From the IMG/VR virus record IMGVR_UViG_3300025276_000020: DNA of 64,000 nt, one strand, 5' to 3'. Shown one piece after another: positions 9,111 through 19,729 of the stretch; position 1 is the first letter of the stretch, and every line of letters starts with the position of its first letter. The notes under the pieces are model-generated. The model was not told the origin of the DNA and did not search any database. It worked only from the letters and a program-made list of their open reading frames with translations. This DNA is from a virus. The position numbers were made by a program, and so were the translations under genes.

Positions 9111-9329
9111 ATGAGAAAGCAAATTTTAACAGCACTGAATCAACATGCATTAGGGCATATTGAAAAGCATCGAATGAACATTGAGGTGTATCTTGCAAAT
9201 CCTGTGGGTATTGGTGAACACTCTAATATCTTAGAGGCTATCGAATCGGAGTTGGACCAAATAGCCACTTATAGAGATCAGCTTGATATCATCAAAGAGT
9301 TCTTTGATGCGCCTGAACCACGTATCTAA
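9111..9329 (+). CDS. Hypothetical T4-like phage protein
   Basis: H.NIEVYL.NPVGIGEH pattern; GGAG RBS. Confidence 0.7.
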   Translation: MRKQILTALNQHALGHIEKHRMNIEVYLANPVGIGEHSNILEAIESELDQIATYRDQLDIIKEFFDAPEPRI

Positions 9330-9341
9330 TATCATAAATAA

Positions 9342-9438
9342 AGGTATAAGGTAAGACATATGACCCGACACACCGTGGACCCAAGCAATTATCTTATACC
9401 TGACCCTCTAAGGCTTTTATCGTCTTAGGGGGTTTTTT
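9342..9438 (+). ncRNA. Candidate small RNA with intrinsic terminator
   Basis: CATAAATA at 9333-9340; 13-bp stem 9342-9354/9389-9401; hairpin plus U-tract 9403-9438. Confidence 0.5.
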
Positions 9439-9678
9439 ACTGAAAGGGGAGAATTCCTATGAATGAAGTCGAAGAGGCTCTAGCTGAAATGGCAGAGAGT
9501 GAAGCTGAAATCGTAATCGTCAATGAACCTTATTTAGAACGCCCTACCAGAACAGATAGGATCAGACGATCTTATGTGGCACGTATAGCCCGAAAAGGCG
9601 TTAAACAAATACGACAACTTCGAAAGAAGAGAGAGCCCAAGCAAGGTTATAACAGCCTTAAGAATTGGAGAGAACGTA

Positions 9679-10146
9679 ATGGAAATTAATCATGCACCCG
9701 TGTTTGATAGAAAGAAAGCTATATCTTATTACGAGAACAAGGATGGCGTGTCTATCAAATACGTGTGTACAACTGATCTATTGGCAAGCGATTTGCCAGT
9801 AGATATCTTTTACCGAGAGAGTCCACATCCAGAGTTTGGCAATCGCTACTTTGGACTATACAAGAATCCTTTTGCTAATGATGCCCGAATCATGATTACA
9901 GACGCAGATGCGATAGAGACTTCTGATAGATATCAGTTTGGAATGGTAAAAGACAGAGATGGTAAGTACTGGTATTCCAGATCACATCATGAGTGTCTGT
10001 TCCTAGATGGAAACATGATTGATGGTGGTAGAGAGTATGTCCGATCTACGGGTGAGGTAACTAGGTTTAGAGTCAAAGATGGTGAAATGTTGCCCGAAGA
10101 GGCTGTGGATTACCCTGACTTTGTAGAAAATTTTAACTTTTCTTGA
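9679..10146 (+). CDS. Hypothetical phage protein
   Basis: HPEFGNRYFG, YSRSHH, IDGGREY motifs. Confidence 0.65.
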   Translation: MEINHAPVFDRKKAISYYENKDGVSIKYVCTTDLLASDLPVDIFYRESPHPEFGNRYFGLYKNPFANDARIMITDADAIETSDRYQFGMVKDRDGKYWYSRSHHECLFLDGNMIDGGREYVRSTGEVTRFRVKDGEMLPEEAVDYPDFVENFNFS

Positions 10147-10154
10147 TAAAAAGC

Positions 10155-10182
10155 TTGACATTGGCGCCAAACCTGCTATAAT
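10155..10182 (+). promoter_or_regulatory. Early promoter (cassette family variant)
   Basis: TTGACA-16-TATAAT with ACCTGC before the -10. Confidence 0.75.
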
Positions 10183-10594
10183 AGTATCTGATTTGAATGA
10201 TTGAGAGACTATATTATGTATGTACTAAGAAATCTTACTGATGATGCTATGACTGTTCTTAAGACCTTCCGCAACCAAGTAGAAGCTTTAGATTATCGAG
10301 AAGAGCATCTAATTCCTGCTGAGGTGTGGGTAGACTACGTGGAGCCTGTCACTAATGAAGACCTCATTCTTGATAACAGTAAACCAGCATATATTGTGAG
10401 AGTTAAATGATTAGATTTATATTAGGAATCTTTATAGTACTTGGCACAGTAGGTGCTGATGACTTTGCAACCGAAGCTGGCATACAGGGACCACCCTTAA
10501 TGCAAACTTTATTTTGGTGTATTGTTGGTGTAGCATTGATTAGTTCAGCTATACCTAAATTGATTCGTCAAGGTCATTTAGGCTGAGGTAGTAT

Positions 10595-11035
10595 ATGATG
10601 GAGTATTTTCTTGTCGGAAGACATAAGAATACAAAAGTGGTTGATCAGTATGTCGCTAACATGCTGGTCAGTCTCAAACTGCATAGACTTAGAAGTAAGT
10701 CGCTTATAATAAAGTTTGAGACGGTTTTAGATGGTGAATGTATGGGCTTGTGTTTCGGTGATAAAAACGTTGCTAAAGTCCAGATAGCGAGAAAGTCGAA
10801 CGGTGATAACTTATCGTTCCTTGAGCAGATGCAGACACTTGCCCATGAGTTGGTTCATGTGAGACAGTACATACGTGGAGAATTATCCTACAATAGTAGT
10901 GGAGAGTTCCAGTGGAAAAAGCGCAGTGCTGGTGGATATAAATATGAGAACCAGCCATGGGAGAAAGAGGCGATGGGGTTAGCAGACGTTTTGTTTACAA
11001 AATGCTTTCCCTTTCACATGAGTTTAGTAAATTAA
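10595..11035 (+). CDS. Zinc metallopeptidase-like protein (HExxH)
   Basis: TLAHELVHVRQY ... Y..QPWEKEA. Confidence 0.75.
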   Translation: MMEYFLVGRHKNTKVVDQYVANMLVSLKLHRLRSKSLIIKFETVLDGECMGLCFGDKNVAKVQIARKSNGDNLSFLEQMQTLAHELVHVRQYIRGELSYNSSGEFQWKKRSAGGYKYENQPWEKEAMGLADVLFTKCFPFHMSLVN

Positions 11036-11040
11036 AAATT

Positions 11041-11140
11041 TGGGCTATTTAACAGCAATGTTAAACAATCGCCAACCTCACTGTCACCGAAGTGAGGGAA
11101 AAGTTGAAACAGTATCAATCTGTGCGTGTTCAACAGCCCA
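11041..11140 (+). ncRNA. Candidate four-way-junction RNA or structured leader
   Basis: Closing stem TGGGCT/AGCCCA around three hairpins, one with a GCAA tetraloop. Confidence 0.5.
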
Positions 11141-11158
11141 TACCGATAGGAGAAATAT

Positions 11159-11296
11159 ATGGCAAAAACGTTAGGAGGATGGCGCCCAGAGTCGAATAGC
11201 AAAAAGACTTCCCAGGGCAATGGTAGAAATGTAAAGATGTCTTCAATGAATAAATCAAAGAAGGCTAGTTTTAAAAAATATAGAGGACAGGGTTAA
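11159..11296 (+). CDS. Small basic protein (45 aa, not in ORF track)
   Basis: MAKTLGG...KKTSQGNG...KKYRGQG; AGGAG RBS. Confidence 0.7.
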   Translation: MAKTLGGWRPESNSKKTSQGNGRNVKMSSMNKSKKASFKKYRGQG

Positions 11297-11440
11297 CCAG
11301 TCTTCGAGGTAAATTATGAAAATTGAATTTAATATTAACATTGACACAAGCGAGGATAAAGACATTGGCTTAGAGCTACTTGCTCTTATATCTGAGATGA
11401 AGGTCAGACTTGAACAACTTAATGAAGAAGAGGATGAAGA

Positions 11441-11719
11441 ATGAGCTTTAAGAAAAATGATATCATTACAGTGATAACTGTAGCTGGAGAATATGTGGGC
11501 AAATATGTGAACGAAAGTCCTGCAATGCTCGAAATGGGAGATCCTAAGATGCTAGTATCTGGAGAGCAAGGTGTCGGATTTGGCACAGGTATCTGCGTTA
11601 CAGGCGAAGATTCTCCCAAGTCTGTTAGGTTTTACACAGGAGGCATCGTGTTCGTCACTAAGACTAATGATGTCGTGACTAAGGCATATCATTCAGCTAA
11701 TAGCGGATTGATTGTCTGA
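11441..11719 (+). CDS. Sm-like/SH3-fold phage protein
   Basis: DIITVITVAGEYVGK...AYHSANSGLIV pattern. Confidence 0.55.
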   Translation: MSFKKNDIITVITVAGEYVGKYVNESPAMLEMGDPKMLVSGEQGVGFGTGICVTGEDSPKSVRFYTGGIVFVTKTNDVVTKAYHSANSGLIV

Positions 11720-11883
11720 TGATTAGAACTGTCGAAGTTATTCAGGATCCAGATGATCCCACTGCACTTGCTCTTGATTTTCCAGACGATCTTCTTATTG
11801 AAGCCGGCTGGAAGGTTGGGGACAGTATAGAATTTACAGACATGGGTAATAATACCTGGTCTTTACAAAAAACTGAGGATTAA
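11719..11883 (+). CDS. AbrB/MazE-like small DNA-binding protein (not in ORF track)
   Basis: LDFPDDLLIEAGWKVGDSIEF pattern; coupled to upstream stop codon. Confidence 0.6.
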   Translation: MIRTVEVIQDPDDPTALALDFPDDLLIEAGWKVGDSIEFTDMGNNTWSLQKTED

Positions 11884-11884
11884 T

Positions 11885-12148
11885 ATGAAGATGCTACATA
11901 ACAACGTTTTGCTCACTGAAGCAGAACAATCTACCACCACGGCAGGTGGTATTATTCTAACTGCTGATATTGACAAGGCTGTTAAGCCAGGTATCGTACT
12001 GAGTGTTAGTGAAACAGTTGCTAGTATTATGCCAGAGTTAATGGTTGGAGTAGAGGTGTACCTCAACTGGAAAGAGTCCATGCCTGTAACAATCGATGGT
12101 CAGAAAGCGGCAATCATAGATGCTAAACACATTAAGTGTATCATCTAA
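11885..12148 (+). CDS. groES: Co-chaperonin GroES-like protein
   Basis: LHNNVLL...TTAGGIIL mobile loop, GIVLSV, VGVEVY. Confidence 0.8.
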   Translation: MKMLHNNVLLTEAEQSTTTAGGIILTADIDKAVKPGIVLSVSETVASIMPELMVGVEVYLNWKESMPVTIDGQKAAIIDAKHIKCII

Positions 12149-12366
12149 TGACCATGCCTAAGGAAAGGTTCTATGCTGTTAGAAACACTCGTGAGTTTCT
12201 AGTAGAATTAATGGACCCTAAGAAAACTCCTAGAGTGCCCAAAGAGATACGACTTAAAGCGTATTACGCTATTAAGCATTTTCCAGGTGAGTACCACATG
12301 GAAGAGGCACGAAAACTTGCACCATCGGTATTTGGAGAAACAGAGTTAGAAGTTGACAGTGCCTGA
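12148..12366 (+). CDS. Hypothetical protein
   Basis: MTMP.ER...TREFL..L.DP..TPRVP..IR..A....KHFP pattern. Confidence 0.65.
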   Translation: MTMPKERFYAVRNTREFLVELMDPKKTPRVPKEIRLKAYYAIKHFPGEYHMEEARKLAPSVFGETELEVDSA

Positions 12367-13490
12367 TGTAGTTCACCCAGATTCGTGGGTAATACTTAAA
12401 CTGTCTCAAGGTGACAAATCGCACTATCGAGTACTTGCTGGATGGAGCGGTGGATACTTATACGGTGATAGCTGGAAAATAAACAGTGGAATCGTGAGTG
12501 TTGAATACGTAGATGAGTGCTATGTTTTTAGAGGAAAGAGTAGCAGTAGATATCACTGCCATGAGAAATCTTATGGTATGAGAATGTCTATTACCGGCAT
12601 ATATTCACAGCTTAAAGACATACACGGTGACAAAATTGAGTTGCTTGACGAAGATCACGATTGGTTAAACATGAATTGGATAGTAAAATGAAAGTAAAAA
12701 TTGGTCCTTACGCATCCCGCTGGCGCTCAAGTGTTCATGAGAACTACATGGAGACAAAGTATGGCGATAGGTTCTTAGATAGTTCTGAATCTTTTGACTT
12801 CTATGTCGAAGCTTTAGACGGCATGATCGATTGGGTATACGATCATACGATAAATTTATATCTAGATAACAAGGAACAAAGTGTTAAAGTTGATATACAT
12901 AAGTATGATACTTGGAGTATGGATACTACTTTAGCGCATATTGTTGTTCCTATGCTTAAACAGCTAAAGGCTACTACTCATGGTTATCCCTCAAGTCTCA
13001 CTGAAGAAGAATGGAATAACATTCTCGATGATATGATCTTTGCCTTTGAGAGTAAGAACAACAATTGGGAAGAACAGTTTTATTCGGGCGATATAGAGAA
13101 CGACACGTTTAAGGTCGATAGCGAAGGACGTGAAGAGTATCAATCACGTATCACAAAAGGGTTTGAATTATTTGGTAAATATTACGAAGGGTTATGGGAC
13201 TAATGGACAGAGAAATTGCAGATTTAGCAGAAACCACAAAAAGAGATAGTCGTAGAAAAGAATTCGAAAAGCTCAATGATGCTTGGTGGGATGCACTTTC
13301 ATATGATGAGAAGGAACATGCAATGTATGCAGTTTCTAGAAAAATATTTCAAGGCTCGATGTTAGATCAAGGATCTTATCGACATACGTTGTATGAAGTC
13401 ATGGGACTGAGCGGCAACTCTTACGACAGAGGCATGGACTGCGGAATGTTCGCTATTCATAATGCCGTAATAAAAGACATTGAATGAATT

Positions 13491-13661
13491 GTGAAAAAGT
13501 TATGGACTGTATGGAAACACGCTCTAGGATCTTTCGATGAGGAAGATGGATATGATGCGACTAACGAGAATAGAATCTCATATATCCGTACGTTCATAGT
13601 ATTGTCAAATCTAATGTGCGTTTATCTAATAATGATAAACATTCTAATAGGATGGTTATGA
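13491..13661 (+). CDS. Small membrane protein (paralog of the next gene; not in ORF track)
   Basis: KLWTVWKHALG...IRT + hydrophobic helix. Confidence 0.55.
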   Translation: MKKLWTVWKHALGSFDEEDGYDATNENRISYIRTFIVLSNLMCVYLIMINILIGWL

Positions 13662-13837
13662 GTAAATGGTGGAGAATCTGGGCTAAGAGTCTAGGAGAAA
13701 AGGTTGGTGAAACTGATAGACAAGCAAATACGGTAGCAGGTATTAGAACAGTTTGGTGGCTTACACATATGATAACTTGCGTAGCCATTATAACTAATGC
13801 AATAGCAAATCATGGATGGGGTCTAATAGGGCTGTGA
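13658..13837 (+). CDS. Small membrane protein
   Basis: KWWRIWAKSLGEK...IRT + hydrophobic helix. Confidence 0.6.
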   Translation: MSKWWRIWAKSLGEKVGETDRQANTVAGIRTVWWLTHMITCVAIITNAIANHGWGLIGL

Positions 13838-14160
13838 TAGACATTAGTGAAAAGGCAGTTGAGAGAATTAAATATAGTTTAGCTGATCGTCCAGATTGCT
13901 GTGCTGTACGTGTATCAGTAGTAACTTCAGGATGTGGAGGATATGCCTACCACTTAGAATATGCATTAGAAAACTCTGATTCGGAAGACACCACGATTGA
14001 AAAAGATGGAGCAGTTATTATAATTGATCCTAAAAGTTTGGTGCATTTAGTGGGTACCAGATTAGATTATGAGAAGGTAGGACTCAATGAGGGTTATCAG
14101 TTTGTTAACCCAAATGTTAGCGGAAAATGTGGATGCGGAGAAAGCTTCTACTATAACTAA
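13834..14160 (+). CDS. iscA: A-type Fe-S cluster carrier (IscA/HesB family)
   Basis: GCGGYAY, GTRLDY, F.NPN...KCGCGESF. Confidence 0.93.
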   Translation: MIDISEKAVERIKYSLADRPDCCAVRVSVVTSGCGGYAYHLEYALENSDSEDTTIEKDGAVIIIDPKSLVHLVGTRLDYEKVGLNEGYQFVNPNVSGKCGCGESFYYN

Positions 14161-14574
14161 ATAGGAGTAGGATCTAGATGTTTGAGGGTACGGTTATTGA
14201 ATGGGTAATAATTTTGTTTGTGGTAGTTTTAATAACGATAAGAGCGTGTATATATGATGATGAAGAAGAGGAAGAATGAGTACAAAAAATGATATAACCG
14301 GAGATAGCATCCGATCTAAAGCCCTTTCAAAACAGGGTAGAGATAACTGGGATACCATATTCGGAAAGAAGGAAAAGGTAGATGCGAGTAGAGATGACAA
14401 ACAGCGTCCTAATGAGGCAGATGGAAATACAAAGAAGTGAGCAAATTGTTATACCTGCTGTGTATCCTATAGTTGCAGATAAAGTCAACACCGCTAGTAA
14501 GAAGCGAGTGAGAATTGTTGAAGCCGCTAGTCGAACTGGAAACCTTATAGATATTAAAACATAGGAGGAATAAT

Positions 14575-15030
14575 ATGAGATTAGCAGGAATATTTGCAAT
14601 AATCACAGTCATGACTATCGGTGCATTCTACTGGTATTACAATGACACACAAGAGCGTTTACGCATTTTAAATGCCAACAACGCAAAGCTGGAGACAGCC
14701 ATTCAAATCAGTGAAGACGCTGTAACGTCTTTACAACAATCATATGCTCAGGCAAACGAACAGTTGACTAAAGTTAACTCGGAGTTTTCAGCTATCAGAC
14801 AACAAAACAGAGTTCTATCAGATAAACTAGGTAGACATGATCTAGGTAATCTAGCAGAGAATAAACCTGGTTTAGTAGAAAGAGTTATCAATGGAGCATC
14901 TCTGAAAGCAGGTAGATGTTTTGAGTTGCTTTCTGGTGCACCATTAACAGATAAAGAGAAGGAGGCAGAAAATGGCAAGAAGTTCAATAGTGAATGTCCT
15001 TGGTTGTTTGACAATTATAACAGTAATTAG
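14575..15030 (+). CDS. Putative inner-membrane spanin (Rz-like)
   Basis: N-terminal TM helix, long coiled coil, overlaps a downstream lipoprotein gene. Confidence 0.65.
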   Translation: MRLAGIFAIITVMTIGAFYWYYNDTQERLRILNANNAKLETAIQISEDAVTSLQQSYAQANEQLTKVNSEFSAIRQQNRVLSDKLGRHDLGNLAENKPGLVERVINGASLKAGRCFELLSGAPLTDKEKEAENGKKFNSECPWLFDNYNSN

Positions 15031-15439
15031 TGGTTGCAGTAGTATGCCCCAGCCGATCACGGTATCGGCAAAGCCCATTGAAAAGCCAAAGCTAGTTCTA
15101 CCAGTCTCGGATCAACTATTTCAGAGAAAGATTGATTGGGTTATCATTACGCCTGAAAACGTAGAAGAGCAGTTCAATAAGGTAAAAGAATCTGGTAGAT
15201 CAATTGCAATTTTTGGTGTGACTGATGAAGGCTATCAAAACTTGGGACTCAACCTATCAGACTTAAGAGCATACATTCAACAACAGCAAGCCATTGTTGC
15301 GGCTTATGAAGGATACTATCAAGAATCCGAAGATGCTATAGAAGAAGCAAACAGTGACATGGAAGAAGCTAAGACTGAAGCTGAAGAAGCCCGATCTGAA
15401 GAAGAAAATACTTCTATTTGGAAAAAACTTTTCAATTAA
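14972..15439 (+). CDS. Putative outer-membrane spanin lipoprotein (Rz1-like)
   Basis: Lipobox ISGC followed by Pro-rich segment and helix; overlaps the i-spanin candidate. Confidence 0.65.
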   Translation: MARSSIVNVLGCLTIITVISGCSSMPQPITVSAKPIEKPKLVLPVSDQLFQRKIDWVIITPENVEEQFNKVKESGRSIAIFGVTDEGYQNLGLNLSDLRAYIQQQQAIVAAYEGYYQESEDAIEEANSDMEEAKTEAEEARSEEENTSIWKKLFN

Positions 15440-15816
15440 GACTTGACAAACGTGACTTGATGGTGTATCATACACTAATAAATGCAAGATGACTAAGGAA
15501 AATATATGTCTGAAGAAGAAGAGTACATCGTAGTTACAACTGTAAGTATGTTCCGACAAAAGTATTGTGTACCTAAAAGCCAACTACAACTTGAGAACAC
15601 CTCTGTTCCTGTCGATCCTAAGTGGGCATTAGATGCCGTCACTTGTGAAGACGTGTCCGAGTTCTCTCAAAAGTGGCTAGGTGAAAATATTATCGATATG
15701 CAAACATATGACACTGATGGCATACTCGATCTATTCGATGAGGAGAATGATTACCTCGCAGAGTGGTCAATCGAGCAAAAGCTTGAATTTATCAATAAAT
15801 GGAAACCTGAACAACG

Positions 15817-16065
15817 ATGATTGTTATATACGGATCAGCCAACTGTGTTTGGTGCTTAAAGTGTATTCAGTTATGCCAAACGGCAGAGATGGAATATGAG
15901 TACAGACTTGTTGAAGATGATGTTGAGGATTTCAAGAAGAGATTTCCCGGTGAGAATGTCGTGCCACAGATATTGTGGAATGAAGAACACATCGGTGGAT
16001 ACGAGCAACTAGCTCAAAAAGTGAATGAAGTTTTAATAAATGAAAATGGAGAATATAATGACTAA
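15817..16065 (+). CDS. Glutaredoxin
   Basis: CVWC, VVPQI, HIGGY. Confidence 0.85.
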   Translation: MIVIYGSANCVWCLKCIQLCQTAEMEYEYRLVEDDVEDFKKRFPGENVVPQILWNEEHIGGYEQLAQKVNEVLINENGEYND

Positions 16066-16330
16066 AGATGAAATAAAAGATATGCTTAAAGCTGGATCAG
16101 TAAGGATCGAGTTCATTAAAGCAAACGGCGCACGTAGAGAGATGAATGCTACGTTGAGTGAATCCCTGATCGTGGTTTCGCCCCCTATTGAGGGCACAGT
16201 TGCGGGCAAGAAAAAGTCTAACGAGTTTGCATTACCTGTTTGGGATGTAGACGCTGTTGGCTGGAGATCATTCAGATGGGATAGCTTACGTGATGTGGCA
16301 GGACAGTTGTTGCCTAATGGAGTCCAATAG
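16040..16330 (+). CDS. WYL_2/SH3-like beta-barrel phage protein
   Basis: F.KANG..REM.ATL ... VWDVDAVGWRSFR. Confidence 0.75.
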   Translation: MKMENIMTKDEIKDMLKAGSVRIEFIKANGARREMNATLSESLIVVSPPIEGTVAGKKKSNEFALPVWDVDAVGWRSFRWDSLRDVAGQLLPNGVQ

Positions 16331-17261
16331 TCGAAACTCTGCGATTGTGACCAGTGTTGACTTGACGTTAGACCTTATTAGGCGAGACGTTAAGCACACA
16401 TTACTCGATGAGTTCGAGTTTGTCACATCTCCCAGTAAGGTAACTGACGGTGTGAGGACTATCTTCATGCCGTCGGTGCCTGCTGATCATCCTTCGCTTG
16501 AATGTCTAGAAGATGGTCGATGGAAAGAATATGAAGCAATCATATTTGCGTCTCACTGGCAACAGCAAATGTATAATCTATTCTTAGATATACCTTATGG
16601 TGCTGGAATAGTTCTACGTAATGCTATAGACACTGTACCTAACAAACTTTCTAGAAATAAGCCTAAGAAATTTACTAATATATTGTATGTGGGTGAAATG
16701 AATCGAGGACTCGACCTGGCTTATGGTGCTTTTAAAAAGCTTACTAGAAAGATGCATGAAGATACACGTATGATAGTCGTAACAAATCTAACAAATCCTG
16801 AAGAGATGACTCCATCGCTTCAATCACTGTCTAATGATATACGAGATAATCCTAAAGTCAGTGTGTTCAGAGATGCTACCGAAAAGGAACTACTATCTTA
16901 TATGCAGGAAGCACACATATTTGTGTACCCTACTGATTATCCTGAGATGTCGTACACTCCTTTACTGAAAGCTATTTCTGCAGGCTGTATGTGCATACAT
17001 TCTTCTACAGGTTCTTTTCCTGAAATGTGCTTGGGCGTTACATCAATGTACGGCATTATAGAAGATAGACCGACTCACGGCGTCAAATTTCTACACGAAT
17101 TAGAGAATGCTCTAAATGTGTATTCAAATCCGACAAAGCGAGAGAGGTTAATTGAACATCTTAATACTGCTAAACATACCGTAGATGCTATATATTCCTG
17201 GAGACGAAGAAAAGAACAATGGGAAGATTTATTAAAAAACCTCTTGACAAGCTCCTCATAG
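16257..17261 (+). CDS. GT-B fold glycosyltransferase (GT4-like)
   Basis: FASHWQ, NAID, ILYVG..NRGLD, AHIFVYPT.YPE.S...KAISAGC. Confidence 0.75.
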   Translation: MAGDHSDGIAYVMWQDSCCLMESNSRNSAIVTSVDLTLDLIRRDVKHTLLDEFEFVTSPSKVTDGVRTIFMPSVPADHPSLECLEDGRWKEYEAIIFASHWQQQMYNLFLDIPYGAGIVLRNAIDTVPNKLSRNKPKKFTNILYVGEMNRGLDLAYGAFKKLTRKMHEDTRMIVVTNLTNPEEMTPSLQSLSNDIRDNPKVSVFRDATEKELLSYMQEAHIFVYPTDYPEMSYTPLLKAISAGCMCIHSSTGSFPEMCLGVTSMYGIIEDRPTHGVKFLHELENALNVYSNPTKRERLIEHLNTAKHTVDAIYSWRRRKEQWEDLLKNLLTSSS

Positions 17262-17301
17262 TGTGTTAGGATGTATACATAAATCGAAATGGAGTTAGTT
17301 A

Positions 17302-18456
17302 ATGGCTAAATCAGCAAAAAAAGTAATGAGGTCAGCACCTCGAAAAAGCAAATCCGTAAAGTTGATAGAAGAAGGTCATATTGGTAGAGAGACTACCGAT
17401 TGGTCTAGTGTCCCTGCTGAAAAATATGAAGCTCGAACTATGGAGACTATGCGCCATTACGGGTACTTCTATGATAAGAAGAGTTACTTAGCCTGGACTA
17501 TAGCTTGGATCAAAGACAATCGTCCTTCGGATCTTAAAGACTATAAAGCCGCTGATGACTGGCGTACTAGCTCGACACTTGCGTCATTATGTAAGATGGA
17601 AAGAGATGGCTGTGTGTTGAGTAAATCTGCAAAGAGTTTCTTAGAGACTAATTTGAATAACGTTATCGCTTATGGTAAGACTGTAAAGACTGTGATTGAT
17701 CCAGAAGCTTCTGAGCCTGTAAAGCGAAAGAGTCCATCCGAACTATTGGGTGAAAAGACTAATGAGTTCATAGGAGAGATCGAAGGCTTTGTTGACGAAT
17801 TTACACAGGGTACTTTAGATAAAGATTGGTCGATCTATAATGAGATGATCAAGTTGAACTCTGCCGCACAGACTGCCCACGATACTATTAAGTATTATAA
17901 GAGCGTTCAGGAAGAGTTGCGTGAACTAGTCGAAGATAAGACAGAAGACCTTATTGAGGGATATGACAACTTTACTCCTAAACAGCAGAAGGCATTCTAC
18001 AAGTTCGTTAGCAATATCATTACTGACTGTGAGAAATTTCTTGTCAGCAAGAAAGCAACACGTAAGCCTCGCACTAAAAAAGCTACTCCCGCACATAAGC
18101 AAGTGGCTAAGGTATTATACTTGCCTTCTTCATCGGAGTTCAAGATCGCTAGTGTCAGTCCTGAAAAGATGGTGGGTGCTGAATCCATGTACTTGTTCAA
18201 TACTAAGACTAGGGTCATGAAGTATCTGGTGTCTGATCGAAGAGATGGATTTCAGGTGAAAGGTAGTACTGTAACTGGATTCTGTGCTGAAAGATCGTTT
18301 AAGAAGATGCTTAGAAAGCCTGAAGAGTACATAGCCCTTCTGGGTAAAGGTAGTAAAGCCAAGTCTCTCAAGGAATTGAAAGCATTAAAGACCAAAGAGA
18401 ATACGACAGACGGTCGTATTAATAGGGATACCATCATACTTAAGGTACTACAATGA
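17302..18456 (+). CDS. Conserved T4-like hypothetical protein
   Basis: C-terminal FNTKTR...KG.T...LRKP...GRIN.DTIILK; promoter TTGACA upstream. Confidence 0.7.
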   Translation: MAKSAKKVMRSAPRKSKSVKLIEEGHIGRETTDWSSVPAEKYEARTMETMRHYGYFYDKKSYLAWTIAWIKDNRPSDLKDYKAADDWRTSSTLASLCKMERDGCVLSKSAKSFLETNLNNVIAYGKTVKTVIDPEASEPVKRKSPSELLGEKTNEFIGEIEGFVDEFTQGTLDKDWSIYNEMIKLNSAAQTAHDTIKYYKSVQEELRELVEDKTEDLIEGYDNFTPKQQKAFYKFVSNIITDCEKFLVSKKATRKPRTKKATPAHKQVAKVLYLPSSSEFKIASVSPEKMVGAESMYLFNTKTRVMKYLVSDRRDGFQVKGSTVTGFCAERSFKKMLRKPEEYIALLGKGSKAKSLKELKALKTKENTTDGRINRDTIILKVLQ

Positions 18457-18875
18457 GCAATGTCATAGACTTCACAGCAAGACTTAAGAAAAGAGCAGAG
18501 GAAACAAAAGAGTCCGAAGCTCTATTCGAGGACTATGATAAGAAAGTTATAATGAGGTTTTCGATTGATGTAGCCCGTGATGTAGTAACTGCTATGCATG
18601 AGATGGGATACGATGTGGCAAATCGACCTAAATCTGTGCTAGACATTATGTCCTTGATCGAGACGGTTAGGGCTCTAATGTTTAGGAGTGTTGGCGAAGA
18701 TTATCACTATCAGCATATATCTGAACAGGTGTTTCAAGATGAAGAAATGGATTACAGTGAGGCTCTAGAAGAGTTTCTAGATGAGATGTACAAAGCAGAA
18801 GATGAAGAAATTACTTGACAAGCCGGCCAGTTTGTGTTATTATAATACATCAATAATACAAACAAGGAGAATATT

Positions 18876-19727
18876 ATGATACTGGTTGATATGAACCAAG
18901 TTATGATTTCCAATATGATGATGCAGATTGGAAATCACCAAAATGCTCAAGTAGATGAGAACATGTTAAGACACATGATTCTTAATACTCTGAGATTCAA
19001 TAGACAGAAGTTCCATCGTGAATTCGGTGAGTTGCTTATTACTTGTGATGATAAGAACTACTGGAGACGAGACATATACCCGTACTATAAAGCGGGTCGA
19101 AGAAAAGCACGTGAGTCCTCAGAGATAGATTGGAACGCTGTATTTACTTCACTGAATCGTATTCGTGATGAGCTTAAAACATACTTTCCGTATAAAGTAA
19201 TACAGATCGAAACGTGTGAAGCAGATGACATCATTGGTACTATCGTACACAAAGAAGGCACTACTTTGAACACAGGTGAGCCTATTCTAATTCTCTCAGG
19301 AGACAAAGACTACGTTCAGTTGCACACATATGCAAACGTTAAACAATATGATCCTACACGCAAGCGTTGGATCTCTAATGCTAACCCAGATACGTTCTTA
19401 CACGAGCATATCATTAAGGGCGATGCAGGTGATGGTGTTCCTAACGTTCTGTCAGCAGACAATGCACTTGTTATGGGTATCCGTCAAAGACCAGTGACCA
19501 AGAAAAGGTTGCTCGATTGGGCTGATATAAATAATATGGATAACGAAGTAAAGAGAAACTATTTACGCAATAAGGCAATGATCGACTTGACGCAGGTCCC
19601 AGACCCAATCAAGAATCAGATACTTAGTGAGTATGACGCAGAGAATCCAAAAGATCGAAGCCAGTTAATCAATTACTTCATTAAGAATAAATTAAGAAAT
19701 CTAATGGAAAGTATATCGGAGTTTTAA
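18876..19727 (+). CDS. rnh: T4-type RNase H / 5'-3' flap exonuclease
   Basis: ILVDMNQ, YWRR..YPYYK, EADDIIG, SGDKDYVQL, GDAGDGVPN. Confidence 0.93.
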   Translation: MILVDMNQVMISNMMMQIGNHQNAQVDENMLRHMILNTLRFNRQKFHREFGELLITCDDKNYWRRDIYPYYKAGRRKARESSEIDWNAVFTSLNRIRDELKTYFPYKVIQIETCEADDIIGTIVHKEGTTLNTGEPILILSGDKDYVQLHTYANVKQYDPTRKRWISNANPDTFLHEHIIKGDAGDGVPNVLSADNALVMGIRQRPVTKKRLLDWADINNMDNEVKRNYLRNKAMIDLTQVPDPIKNQILSEYDAENPKDRSQLINYFIKNKLRNLMESISEF

Positions 19728-19729
19728 AT

